From NCBI GenBank assembly GCA_038087875.1, contig CM075995.1, positions 310,001-374,000 on the forward strand: a stretch of 64,000 nucleotides of DNA. Reading direction: 5' to 3'. This DNA is from Malacoraja senta. Its lineage: Eukaryota. Below the pieces are notes generated by a model. The model was not told the origin of the DNA, did no database searches, and was given only the letters and a program-made list of their open reading frames with translations. Position 1 is the stretch's first letter. Each line of letters starts with the position of its first letter. The position numbers were made by a program, and so were the translations under genes. Positions 11,777 to 23,955 of the stretch are shown piece after piece.

Positions 11777-12284
11777 CCTAAAGAGAGGTAATTTTTTTAA
11801 ATACAGAGAATGGTTTCTGTCTAGAACACACACTGCCAAAGGAAGTGGTGGAATTACTCTGTTAAGACACACTCTTAAATGGCAGGCAGAGATGAATACA
11901 GACCTAATGTGGGCAAATGGGATTCATGTAGGTGGGCTAAAGGGTCACTGGTCAATTGTCACATGTGCCAACGTACAGTAGCATTTTACTTGCACGCAGT
12001 TCAGTAAAGTATTACCATACCTAAGCACAATCCCCGATTAACAAAGTGTACAGAAATAGCCCACTGAGACCGCATGCAAGAGGCGGCAAGATTTGGTGGC
12101 GTTTACAAAGACCAGCCCGCGCTCCAGGTCCTGTGAGCGGGAGCCTGATCCAGGCGAGCCCCTGGCCGCTGCGGGGCCTCCGGCCGTCGCCTTCCCTTGG
12201 ACTTGCGAACCAACATCCCTCTACTCGCCCGTCCACCCTCTGTGCCCCAGCGGAGGGGGGGCACTGTTGACCCCGAGCTCAGAC

Positions 12285-13010
12285 AACACCACTAATCATC
12301 GATGGGGACTGTGTGGAAAGGGTGGCGGATTTCCGCTTCCTGGGAATCCACATTGAGGAGGACCTGACTTGGAGCGTGAACACCTCTGCGCTGCTGAAAA
12401 AGGTCCAGCAGAGACTGTACTTCCTGAGGGTGCTCAGGAAGAACAACATCACCCAGAGACTGCTGCTATCCTTTTATCGATGCTCAATTGAGAGCATCTC
12501 AACATACTGTGTATGCGTGTGGTACACCAGCTGCACAGCGGCTAAGAGGAAAGCGCTCCAGAGGGCAATTGACAACGCCCAGAAGATTATCGGCTGCCCT
12601 CTCCTCACCTTGAAGGACCTACACAGTTCCCACTGTCTCAAAAATCCAAGAAGATCATAAAGGACATTTTCCACCCGGACACTCCCTGTTTGAACTGCTG
12701 CCGTCAGGCAGACGGTACAGATCAATGAGGACAAGGACAAACAGACTCAAAAACAGTTTTTATCCCACAGCAATAAATACACTTAATGTAGCCACCAAAT
12801 TAGTGCAGGTGCGCTACATACCAAAGGGATTGTGAAATCGACAGAAGAATGTGTTTTTTTTCATGTTATTTATTTTAGTTGTTTATCTTAGACTTTTGCT
12901 CTAAGAAAATGTGTGCACTGACCTGGTTGGCATTTCTAATTTCGTTGTACATGTTTACATGTTATAATGACAATAAAGTATTCATTCATTCATTCATTCA
13001 TTCATTCAAT
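12285..13010 (+). mobile_element. Rex1/Babar-like LINE 3' fragment with (ttca)n tail
   Basis: ERVADFRFLGIHIEEDLTWS...QRLYFLRVL...IESISTY; aataaa followed by microsatellite tail. Confidence 0.85.
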
Positions 13011-13549
13011 AGACAATAGACAATAGGTGCAGGATCAGGCCATTTGGCCCTTCGAGCCAGCACCGCCATTCAATGTGATCATGGCAATCATCCCCAATCA
13101 GTACCCCGTTCCTGCCTTCTCCCCATATCCCCTGACTCCGCTATTTTCAAGAGCCCTATCTAGCTCTCTCTTGAAAGCATCCAGAGAACCGGCCTCTGCG
13201 GCAGAGAATTCCACAGACTTTTGCACTTTTCTATAATGCATTTTTAACTTTGCTTTTATTTTCTTTTAATTCTTCTATTTTATTTCATTTTATTATTTCA
13301 TTTTATTGTATGACATGTTTTTATGTGAAGCACTTTGAGTCTGCCTCGTGTATGAAATGTGCTATAGAAATAAAGTTGCAGTTGCAGACTCACCACTCTC
13401 TGTGAGAAAAAGTGTTTCCTCGTCTCCGTTCTAAATGGCTTACCCCTTATTCTTAAACTGTGCCCCTGGTCAGCATGGATGTGATGGGCCAAAGGGCCTG
13501 ATTCTGTGCTGTACGACCCCCCCACGTGAGTTCACAAGTGCCTGCTTAC

Positions 13550-13723
13550 CTTGCTGTGATCAAATTTCACCATGTACTGCACGGCCTTGTTTTTGAGCGA
13601 AGACCTATCCGGATTAACCATCGGGGGAGCGACTGTTTGCTCAGAGTGCTCCCAGAAGATGTATTGGCAGAATACAAAGTTTGATAAGTTGATCGGTAGT
13701 CCTGTAGCTTCTTTTATTTTTAC
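13550..13723 (-). CDS. KIF13A: KIF13A exon (VKIKEATGLPINLSNFVFCQYIFW...KFDHSK), 174 nt
   Basis: Manual translation; gacag| and |gtaagc boundaries; phase 0/0. Confidence 0.95.
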
Positions 13724-14380
13724 CTGTCGAGATAGAGCGACAAACTGAGGAGCTTCTCACCAAAACAAAATATTGAGTATAATAACATTACTGGTGACAA
13801 TGCATACACATAGTCAGGCTTATGCAGCAACAGCACAGAAATAGGCCCTCTGGCCCTACTTGCCACGTCTAAGCTGCCTATGTTTGGCCCATATTCCTCT
13901 AAACCTTTCCAATCCATTTAGTTTAGTCTTGTTTTGAGATGCAGCGTGGAAATTGGCCCTTCGGCCCTTCGGCCCACACCGGCCAGCGATCCCCGCACGT
14001 TAACACTATCCTAAAGCAAACTAGGGTAAATTTACAATTATTCCAAGCCAATTAACCAACAAACCTATGCGTCTTTTGTCCGAAACCAGAGATTCCGGAG
14101 AAAACCCATGCAGGTCACGGGGAGAAGGTACAAACTCCATAAAGACAAGCACCCGTAGTCAGGATCAAACCCAGTTCTCTGGCTCTGTAAGGCTGCAACT
14201 CTACTGCTGCGCACCGTAACGCCCTAAACTGGACAAACAAACTTTTTATTTCCAAATTTGAAATTTTACTTCAGCACTTGCTGTGAATTGTTCATGGACT
14301 GCTTATAAACATTGAGTTTTCAAGTTGCAGGAAAGAGGTAGCAGCATGTTATAGGAAAGATGTTGTCAAGCTGGAAAGGG

Positions 14381-15180
14381 TATAGTGGCAGATTATCTCC
14401 AGAGATCCAGCCCGATCTTCTGGCCCTCTTCTTTGGGACTGATTCTACCACCTCCTGTCTGTAGGTAGCTTTCGACTCGATATAGTGGCAGATTATTATA
14501 TCGTTCAAGGAATTGCTCCCTCCAGCCACTAGGAGAAAACACGGGGTAAGGAGATAATGTCGTTTTACGCGTGGGAGCTCTCTACGAGACATACAAAGCC
14601 GTCGAAAGATAAATCTTCCCAAACACTGTCTCTTGATTAATAGTTTCTTTATTGTCGAAGTAAAACAGTATGAGATTCATCCAAACTCCTTCTTGTTCTT
14701 CATCTTAGTGTTACTCGTAAACTTTTAATAAAACTTCTCTCCACGTTAAGGGCCTGTCCCACTTTCACGACCTAATTCACGACCTCAGCCCTTGACTCAT
14801 ACTCGCAACATGGTCGTCACGAGATCGTAGGAGGTCGTAGGCAGGTCGTGATGCTAGTCGTAGGTACTCGTGGCATCAAGTAGGTCGGGGCGTTTTTTCT
14901 AGCCTGATGAAAAATGTCCACGAGTAAAAAAGGTCGTGAATGGGTCATGAAAGTGGGACAGGCCCTTTAGAGAGCTCCGAATGGTCGAAAGATATGCCTT
15001 CCCGCCATGTTTCCTACGAACTAAACTAAAATACTACAAGCTTCTGCCCAAGAATCCCAGCAGCAAACACGCCTCCGACTACGTAATAAATCCCACCCAC
15101 ATAATAATTACAGGCAGACAACATTTAAAGGCAAATGCCATAATTTAAGGCACACAAAATTAAGCCAAATGGCCACTACA
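14381..15180 (-). mobile_element. Probable solo LTR inserted in a CR1 fragment; itself contains a MITE
   Basis: Inverted termini tatagtggc...gccactaca (TG..CA-like, one end TA); 5-bp TSD aaggg at 14376-14380 and 15181-15185 splitting a CR1 sequence; minus-strand AATAAA near 14650. Confidence 0.72.
14749..14966. mobile_element. MITE with AGGGCCTGTCCCACT TIRs (PIF/Harbinger-like; Kolobok not excluded)
   Basis: Terminal inverted repeats; TTA on both flanks. Confidence 0.85.
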
Positions 15181-15427
15181 AAGGGTGCAGGAAGATTTAC
15201 GAGGATGTTGCCAGGACTCAAAGGCCTGAGCTAGAGGGAGAGGTTGGACAGACGAGGACTCTATTCATTGGAGCACAGGAGGTTAAGGGGTTACCCAAAA
15301 GAGGGGTACAAAATCATGAGAGGAATAAATCAGGTAAACGCACAGAGTCTCTTGCCCAGAGTAGGGGAAAACAGAGGACATAGGTTTAAGGTGAGGGGGG
15401 GAAAGATTTAATAGGAACCTGAAGGGT

Positions 15428-15897
15428 TCTTCAGCGCGTCGTCCACAGAGAGCAGAAGATTATTGGGACACAGCTACCAGCCTTGGAGGGCATCTACTAC
15501 ACACATTGCCTTAGGAAGGCCGTCAGCATCCACAAAGACTCCTCACACCCTTGTAATGGACTGTTCGAACTCCTACCTTCTGGCAGATGTTACAAGGCCT
15601 TCTACACCCGCACCTCCAGACTCAGGAACAGCTTCATCCCCAGAGCTATCGCTGCTCTGAACCGGCCCCTGCTGAGTGCCCCCCACCCCATGAACTCTCC
15701 CTCGGATGATCACGTCGCACATCGACCCGGCACAGACATATTTGCACTTTAGACTGTTTTACTGTTCTTTTAAAAAAATAAATCATGTTTCTCGGTGTAT
15801 CTAAATTTTATGACATCGGATGGAAGCTGCATACCAAATCTCTTTGAACCTACGTGCAATGACAATAAAATATATTATTATTATTATTATTATTATT
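15428..15897 (+). mobile_element. Rex1/Babar-like LINE 3' fragment with (tat)n tail, nested in a CR1 copy
   Basis: KDSSHPCNGLFELLPSGR...RLRNSFIPRAI; aagggt duplicated at the flanks. Confidence 0.8.
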
Positions 15898-16964
15898 AAG
15901 GGTAACTATTTTTACTATTAACTATTAAACTATTAAATGATGGTGGGTGTATGGAACAAGCTGCCGGAGGAGGGAGTTGAGGCAGGTGCTATCACAATGT
16001 ATAAGAAGCATTTAGATGGGTACACGGATACAATAGGTTTCGAAGGATAGGTGCCAAACGCAGGTTGGTGGGACTAGTGCAGATGGGACATGTTGGTCGG
16101 AGGGACATGTTGGTCGGGTGGGCATGTTGGGCCCAAGGGCGTTTCCACACTGTATGACTCAATGACTCCAACTCTGGTATTAAGCTTCGTGTTGTGCCGC
16201 ATAGCTAGCGGAAAACTTGATGGTGATCCCTCAGCACCCAATCATTGATTGAGAGATACAGCACGGAAACAGGCCCAACAGCAAAAAACGATTCCAAGCC
16301 GATCATCGACCACCCATTCACACTAGTTCTATGTTATCCCACTCTTGCATCCACTCCCTGAACACACTTGGGAAAATGTCTAGAGTCCAATTAACCTACA
16401 ATCCCACAGGTCTTTGCAATGCAGGAAGAAGCTGGAGCACCCGGAGGAAACCCGCGTTGTCACGGGGAGAACGTGCGAACTCCACACAGGCTACACTCGA
16501 AGTCAGGATCGAACCCGAGTCTATGGCGCTGTGAGGCAGCAGGTCGACCAGCTAAAATTTGTAGGAAGGAACTGCAGATGCTGGCTGACACTGAAGACGG
16601 ACACTAAATGCTGGAGTAACTCGGTGGGGCAGGCCTGACCCACTTACTGACTCCAGCTTTTTGTGTCGATCTTAGCTCGACTAGCTGATCTTGTTTCAAA
16701 GGACAAGCCTTCAATTTTATTACTGCTGCAGCTTTGTTTTTCGTAACCGCCTTCTCATTCTGCAGATCACTGTTCTGCAGTTTTGCCAATCATATATAAC
16801 CACTCAGAAAGCTGGAACCTGCAATGGCACTGTGATATTTGCCAATGTATTATTGAGTAGGCTTAAAACAAAACAGCTGACAGTGGAGGGTCATTATGCA
16901 GCTTGTTTGCAAATCTTGTGCTTAGCGTTTTCCTCAAAAAAGGATGATATAACTTGATACAAAG

Positions 16965-17770
16965 TTACCCACTTTGGTGGCAAAAACAGGAAAGCAGACT
17001 ATTATCTAAATGGTGGCCGATTAGGAAATGGGGAGATGCAGCGAGACCTGGGTGTCATGGTACACCAGTCATTGAAAGTAGGCATGCAGGTGCAGCAGGC
17101 AGTGAAGAAAGCGAATGGTATGTTAGCTTTTATAGCAAAAAGATTTGAGTATAGGAGCAGGGAGGTTCTACTGCAGTTGTACAGGGTCTTGGTGAGACCA
17201 CACCTGGAGTATTGTGTACAGTTTTGGTCTCCAAATCTGAGGAAGGACATTATAGCCATAGAGGGAGTGCAAAGAAGGTTCACCAGACTGATTCCTGGGA
17301 TGTCAGGACTTTCATATGAAGAAAGACTGGATAGACTTGGCTTATACTCGCTAGAATTTAGGATATTGAGAGGGGATCTTATAGAAACGTACAAAATTCT
17401 TATGGGGTTGGACAGGCTAGATGCAGGAAGATTGTTCCCGATGTTGGGGAAGTCCAGGACAAGGGGTCACAGCTTAAGGATAAGGGGGAAATCCTTTAAG
17501 ACCGAGATGAGGAAAAACTTTTTCACACAGAGAGTGGTGAATCTCTGGAACTCTCTGCCACAGAGGGTAGTTGAGGCCAGTTCATTGGCTATATTTAAGA
17601 GGGAGTTAGATGTGGCCCTTGTGGCTAAAGGGATCAGGGGGTATGGAGAGAAGGCAGGTACGGGATACTGAGTTGGATGATCAGCCATGATCATATTGAA
17701 TGGCGGTGCAGGCTCGAAGGGCCGAATGGCCTACTCCTGCACCTATTTTCTATGTATCTATGTATCTATA
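16965..17770 (+). mobile_element. CR1-clade LINE 3' fragment
   Basis: ORF 17036-17671 (LVRPHLEYCVQFWSP...RGHS..FFTQRVVNLWNSLP); 3' UTR and tail. Confidence 0.93.
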
Positions 17771-19947
17771 CTCTGCATTGCAGTATTATTCTGGAATATC
17801 ATAGACATGGCATAAGATAAGTTCATAAGTTGCAGGGGCAGAATTAGGCCATTCGGCCCATCAGGTCTACCCCGCCACTCCGTCATTCAATCATGGCTGA
17901 TCTATTTTTCCCTTTCAACCCGATTCCCCTGCCTTCTCCCCGTAACCCCTGACAACCCGTACCAATCAAGAATCTGTCAACCCGCGCCTTCAAAATATCC
18001 ATTCACTTGGCCTCCACAGCCTTCTGTGGCAATTAATTCCATAGATTCACCACCCTCTGCCTAAAGATAACAGAGAGTTTTACACACTGCCTGGTCCATC
18101 ACAAGTACTGACTTCCCCACCATCAAAGGGATCTATAGATGGCACTGGCTCAAAAAGACAGACAGCATCATTCAAAGGGCCGAATGGCCTCCTCCTGCAC
18201 CTATTGCCTATTGATCCACATCACACAGGCCATGCTCTTATTTTGCTCCTATCATCAGAAATGTGGTGCAGGAGTATGAAATCCATGGCCACCAGGTTCA
18301 ATAATAGCTTCTTCTAAACAAACACTGAGCTCGAAAACCACACAACACTAACCTTAGCACCTATGAACTTCTAGGGACTGCCTTTAGGAGTGCTATATAT
18401 TTTAATATTTTTGTATAATGTTTAATATTTTTCTTTGCTCTCACCCCTGCCACCCAACACTTCTTGGTGATATTAAAAATTATCATCTGATGAAGACAAT
18501 ATGCATGCAATAAGTCAATTACATGCTTAAATCGTAAGCATTTAATTACAATTTAATTAATTGTAATTAATTCACCAAATTAAAATCTGCAAGAGATTTT
18601 TTCATGGTCAATGTTCTCAATAGTCAACCGTTATTCCGGGGATTTGCAATGGCAATGATGCTTTGTCAACGAGAGGCATTTAAAAACATAGAAAAATAGA
18701 AAATAGGTGGATGAGTAGGCCATTCGTCCCTTCGAGCCAGCACGGCCATTCAATATGATCATGGCTGGTCATCATAAATCAGTACCCCGTTCCTGCTTTC
18801 CCCCCCATATTCCTTGATTCTGTTAGCCCTAAGAGCTAAATCTAACTCTCTCTTGAAAACATCCAGTGAATTGGCCTCCACTGCCTTCTGTGGCAGAGAA
18901 TTCCACAGATTCACAACTCTCTGGGTGAAAAAGTATTTCCTCATCTCAGTCCTAAATGGCCAACCTCTTATTCTTACATTGTGACCCCTGGTTCAGGACT
19001 CCCCCAACATGGGGAACATTTTTCCTGCATCTAGGCCTGTCCAATCCCTTAAGAATTCTATATGTTTCTATAAGATATCCTCTCATCCTTCTAAATTTCA
19101 GTGAATATAAGCCCAGTCAATCTATTCTTTCATCATATGTCAGTCCTGCCATCCCAGGAATTAACATGGTGAACCTTAAAAGGAATGAAAGGGAATTAAC
19201 CTGGTGAACCATAAAATAATTTTGGATAGGCACATGGATGTGCAGAGAGTGGAGGGATAGGGTTTATGTCCAGGCAGAACAGTCTGGAGTTGGCATCATA
19301 AGTTAAGACACAAAATGCTGGAGTAATCTCTGGAGAGAAGGATTGGGTGAGGTTTCGGGTCGAGACCCTTCTTCAGTCTGAGAGTCAGGGAGGTATGGGA
19401 AGATACAGAACAAAGCCTTTCACAAAATAATGAAATTTTAATGGTATAGGAAGGAACTGCAGAAGCTGGTTTACACTGAAGATAGACACAAAATGCTGGA
19501 GTAATTCAGGGGGACAGGCAACATCTCTGGAGAGAAGGAAAGGGTAACATTTCGGGTCGAGACTGTCTTCAGTCTTGGCATCGTGTTCAGCACAGACAGG
19601 TGTGGGCCGAAGGGCCTGTCCTTGTGCTCCAATGTTCTATATTCTATATTCATGTTCATAAGGGAGAGGAGCTGAATTAGCCCATTCGGCCCATCGAGCA
19701 CTCCGCAAATTCAATTGCGGCTGATCTATCTTCCCCTCCTAACCCTATTTTCCTGCCTTCTCTCCATTAACCCTTGACACCCGTACTAATCAAGAATCTA
19801 TCTCTGCCTTAAAAATATCCACTGACTTGGCCTCCACAGCCGCCTATGGCAAAGAATTCCACAGACTGACCACCCTCTGAATAAAGAAATCCCTCCTCAT
19901 CTACTTTCTACAGATCCGTTCCCGTTCTATATTCTATTCCCACTTAC

Positions 19948-20112
19948 CCTGCAGGTTAGTTTCCTTGCCATGTGCACGATGTCACCGTTGTTATCCATAA
20001 CTTCACAGCTCCCACTCTCACTCGAGTTCTCTGAAGAGTCATCGCCACCATCCAGACGTTCTGGAATCGCACCGTTAATGCGCATTACTTCAACATGAAG
20101 TCTCCCAGCGAC
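19948..20112 (-). CDS. KIF13A: KIF13A exon (VAGRLHVEVMRINGAIPERLDGGDDSSENSSESGS...KLTCR), 165 nt
   Basis: Manual translation; DDSSENSSESGS is typical of KIF13A; caag| and |gtaagt boundaries. Confidence 0.95.
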
Positions 20113-21318
20113 CTTGATTCAATTCAACAGGGGAAATGTTTACCATGTTACACATTTTAATTTTAGTTTAGTTAGACAGGTTAGTTTAGTTTAGAGATAC
20201 AGCGTGGAAACAGGCTCTTCGGCCTTCCGTGTCCACACCGACCACCGATCCACGCACATTAGCGCTACTCTATACACACTAGGGACAATTTTTTTTTTTT
20301 CCTCACAGAGAGTGGTGAGTCTGTGGAATTCTCTGCCACAGAAAGTAGTTGAGGCCAGTTCATTGGCTATATTTAAGAGGGAGTTAGATGTGGCCCTTGT
20401 GGCAAGAGGGATCAGGGGGTATGGAGAGAAGGCAGGTACAGGATACTGAGTTGGATGATCAGCCATGATCATATTGAATGGCCTACTCCTGCACCTATTT
20501 TCTATGTTTCTATGTTTTACACCTATACCAAGTCAATTAACCTACAAACCTGTACGTCTTTGGAGCGTGGGAGGAAACCGAAGATCTCGGAGAAAACCCA
20601 CAGGGTCGCGGGGAGAACGTACAAACTCCGTACAGACAACACCCGTCGTCGGGATCGAACCCGGGTCTCTGGTGCTGCAAGCGCCGTAAGGCAGCAACTC
20701 TACTGCTGCGCCACCGTGCAGCCCTGTTAGACTTTAGTTGGACAGGTACATGGATAGGACAGGTTTGGAGGCATATGGACCAACTGCGGGCAGGTGGGAC
20801 TAGTGTTGCTGGGACATGTTGGCCGGTGTGGTCAAGTTGGGTCGAAGGGCCTGTTTCCACACCGTATAATTCTATTACTCTAGTTTTTAGTTTAGGTTAG
20901 AGATACAGCGCGAAAACAGGCCAACCGAGTCTGCGCCGACCAGCGATCCCAGCACACTAACACTATCCAACAGACCCTAGGGACAATTTACAATTTTAAC
21001 CGAAGCCAATTAACCTACAAACCTGTACATCTTTGGAGTGCGCGGGGAAACCCGCGGAAAACCCACGCAGGTCACGGGGACAACGTACAAACGCCGTACA
21101 GGCAAGAACCCATGGTCAGGGTCGAAGCCGGGTCTCTGGCGCTGTAGGGAAGCAACTCTACCGCTGCGACACCGTGCCTCCTGCTGTTTGCCTCAGACTA
21201 AGGTCAAATCAAAGTACTTTCTCCACGATCATTTAGCTTTACATTAAGCAATCAAAGTATTATAGAAAATAAACACGGAACTTTAATAAACGGAAATAGA
21301 ATTTAAGAATATTTCAGG

Positions 21319-21570
21319 TACACAGTCTACACTCTTTATAACGGACCTCTTTAATTTTGTTTTCAAGAGTTAGATTTAGCTCTTAGGGCTAATGGAATTA
21401 AGGGATATGGGGAGAAAGCAGGAATGGGGTACTGATTTTGGATGATCAGCCATGATCATATTGATTGGTGTTGCTGGCTCGAAGGGTCGAATGGCCTACT
21501 CCTGGACCTATTTTCTATGTTTCTTTATAACTGATTTTGGTTATAATGGACGGAGTGTCCCCGCAGTAAT
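21319..21570 (+). mobile_element. Possible Tigger/pogo-like terminus interrupted by a CR1 3' fragment
   Basis: cagt..ctctttataacggac..ttataactga..ggttataatggac reiterated subterminal motif. Confidence 0.4.
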
Positions 21571-21737
21571 CAGACACCACTGTCTCTTTAAGAACACAGG
21601 CGGCTAGTTACACTACTGGAGGCATTGAAATTGACAAGCAATTGCTTTGATCGAGATGTGCATTGATACTCTATTAAACAATGTTTTAAACAGCCTTTGG
21701 TATTTTTAGTTTGCAGTAACAAATATACACTTATAAC

Positions 21738-22222
21738 ATGAGGTTAATCCCCACGATGGCGGGACTGTCATATGAGGAATGATTTGAAAGACTGGGCTTG
21801 TATTCACTGGAACTTAAAAGGATGAGAGAGGATCTTATAGAAACGTATAAGATTATGAAAGGACTGGACAAGCTAGATGCAGGAAAAATGGTCCCAATGT
21901 TGGGCGAGTCCAGAACCAGGGGCCACAGTCTAAGAATAAAGCGGAGGCCATTTAAAACTGAGATGAGAAAAAACTTTTTCACCCAGAGAGTTGTGAATTT
22001 GTGGAATTCTCTGCCACAGAAGGCAGTGGAGGCCAATTCACTGGATGAATTTAAAAGAGAGTTAAATAGAGCTCTAGGGGCTAGCGGAATCAAGGGATAT
22101 GGGGAGAAATCAGGCACGGGTTACTGATTGTGGATGATCAGCCATGATCACAATGAATGGCAGTGCAGGCTAGAACGGGTGAATGGCCTCCTCCTGCACC
22201 TATTTTCTATGTTTCTATGTTT
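21738..22222 (+). mobile_element. CR1-clade LINE 3' fragment
   Basis: ORF 21798-22127; tail. Confidence 0.9.
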
Positions 22223-22962
22223 AACTGTTAAAAATAACTCATTGTCTCATGGAGTGATCGCTAGATGGTTAGAGTGAATCCCAGTTTACATTTAGTTTAT
22301 TGTCATGTGTACCGAGGTACAGTGAAAAGCTTTTGTTGCGTGCTAACCAGTCAGCATGATTACAATCAATCCATTTACAGTGTATAGATACATGATAAGG
22401 GAATAATGTTTAGTGCAAGGTAAAGCCAGCAAATTCCGATCAAGGATAACTGGGTAGTAAGGTAATAATAATAGTATTTTCAGTTTGCAGTAACAAAGGT
22501 GCATTTATAACAGTTAAAAATAACTTTATTTTGTTACGTCATGGAGTGACCGCCAGGTGGTTGGAACTCATTCCTTACTCGGTTAGTTTAGTTTAGAGAT
22601 ACAGCGCGGAAACGGGCCCTTCGGCCCACCGAGTCCGCACCGACCAGCGATCCCCGCACATTAACACTACACACACACATTTACACCAAGCCAATTAACC
22701 GACAAACCTGTACGTCTTTGTAGTGTGGGAGGAAACCCACGCAGGTCATGGGGAGAACGTACAAACTCCATACAGACAAGCACCCGTAGTGAGGATTGAA
22801 CCAGAGTCTCCGGCGCTGTAGGTGGCGCTGCGCTGCCGCTCTACCGCTGCACCACCCTGCCGCCCAAACAGTGGACAATCGGCAATAACGGACACCATTC
22901 ATTCCCCCTCTATGGTCCGTTCTAAGGATGGTTATCTCTACACCATCTATGTCTTAATTCAC

Positions 22963-23112
22963 CTCTCCCTGCTGGCTGATGATGGGAACAGCATAATCCA
23001 GTTTAGCATCATGGTACAGACATTCCAGGAAGACGTTGGCTACGCCAATCAAGTTATGGTTTTCTTGAGCCTCGTAGAAAGGGTCGCCATGCTTGCTGAG
23101 AATTTTGTTGTA
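22963..23112 (-). CDS. KIF13A: KIF13A exon (YNKILSKHGDPFYEAQENHNLIGVANVFL...IISQQGE), 150 nt
   Basis: DPFYE..NHNLIGVA motif; gacag| and |gtgaat boundaries; phase 0/0. Confidence 0.95.
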
Positions 23113-23406
23113 CTGTCGTGGGATTAAAGGAATAACAATTAATAAATTACAGTGGGAAAGGAAGTTTCTCCAGCCCAGTCCCTTATTCAAACAGTTTTGC
23201 CAAGTGTGGAAATTCAATAATGCATGGAATCTATAAACACAAATCCTTATTCCATCATTGTATATTTATGCAACATTATGTCGGACAAAACCACTCTTAC
23301 ATGACAACTCTAATTGGTAAATGTCAACATATTATATTTAGCAAAGATGCGTGTTACAAATTCCTCCTCTCAAACAGTTCAGTATTCACGTGTTCCTTGC
23401 ACTCAC

Positions 23407-23553
23407 ATATTCAACCATGTCTTTCTCCTTCCAATCTTGATAGAGATCTCTCATATCAATCAATTTGTTCTCCAGTTTCTCGATTGCCCACACTTGGGTA
23501 CCTTTTCCCTTGCGTCGAACTTGGATGGCGGATTCGCTTACAATTGCTCCCCT
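23407..23553 (-). CDS. KIF13A: KIF13A exon (RGAIVSESAIQVRRKGKG...YQDWKEKDMVEY), 147 nt
   Basis: Inside ORF 23386-23607; acacag| and |gtgagt boundaries; phase 0/0. Confidence 0.94.
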
Positions 23554-23673
23554 CTGTGTTGATAGAGAACAGTAACGTTTTTCACTGTGCCTCGGTAGAC
23601 ATGACAATAAACCAAACTAAACTGAACTAAACTGATTCCATGCATGGAACAAACTGAATATCCAATCATTAAT

Positions 23674-23955
23674 AGCCCTGTCCCACGGTACGAGTTCATT
23701 CCAAGAGCTCTCCCGAGTTTAAAAAAAATCAAACTCGTGGTAAGCACGGAGAATGAACGTAGCGGGTACGTCAGAGCTCGGGGACGTCTCTTAGCGCTAA
23801 CGGCAGGTACTCGGGGAGACTCGCTAACGGCAGGTAAGCACGGGAACGTGAAGATTTTTCAACATGATGAGTGGCCATTACCGTAAATCTCCGAGTTCGA
23901 ATCAGGGCAAATTCGGGAGAACTCTTGGAATGAACTCGTACCGTGGGACAGGGGT
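23674..23955. mobile_element. MITE with ~40-bp TIRs (ccctgtcccacggtacgagttcattccaagag...)
   Basis: Long near-perfect inverted termini sharing the CCTGTCCCAC core. Confidence 0.8.
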
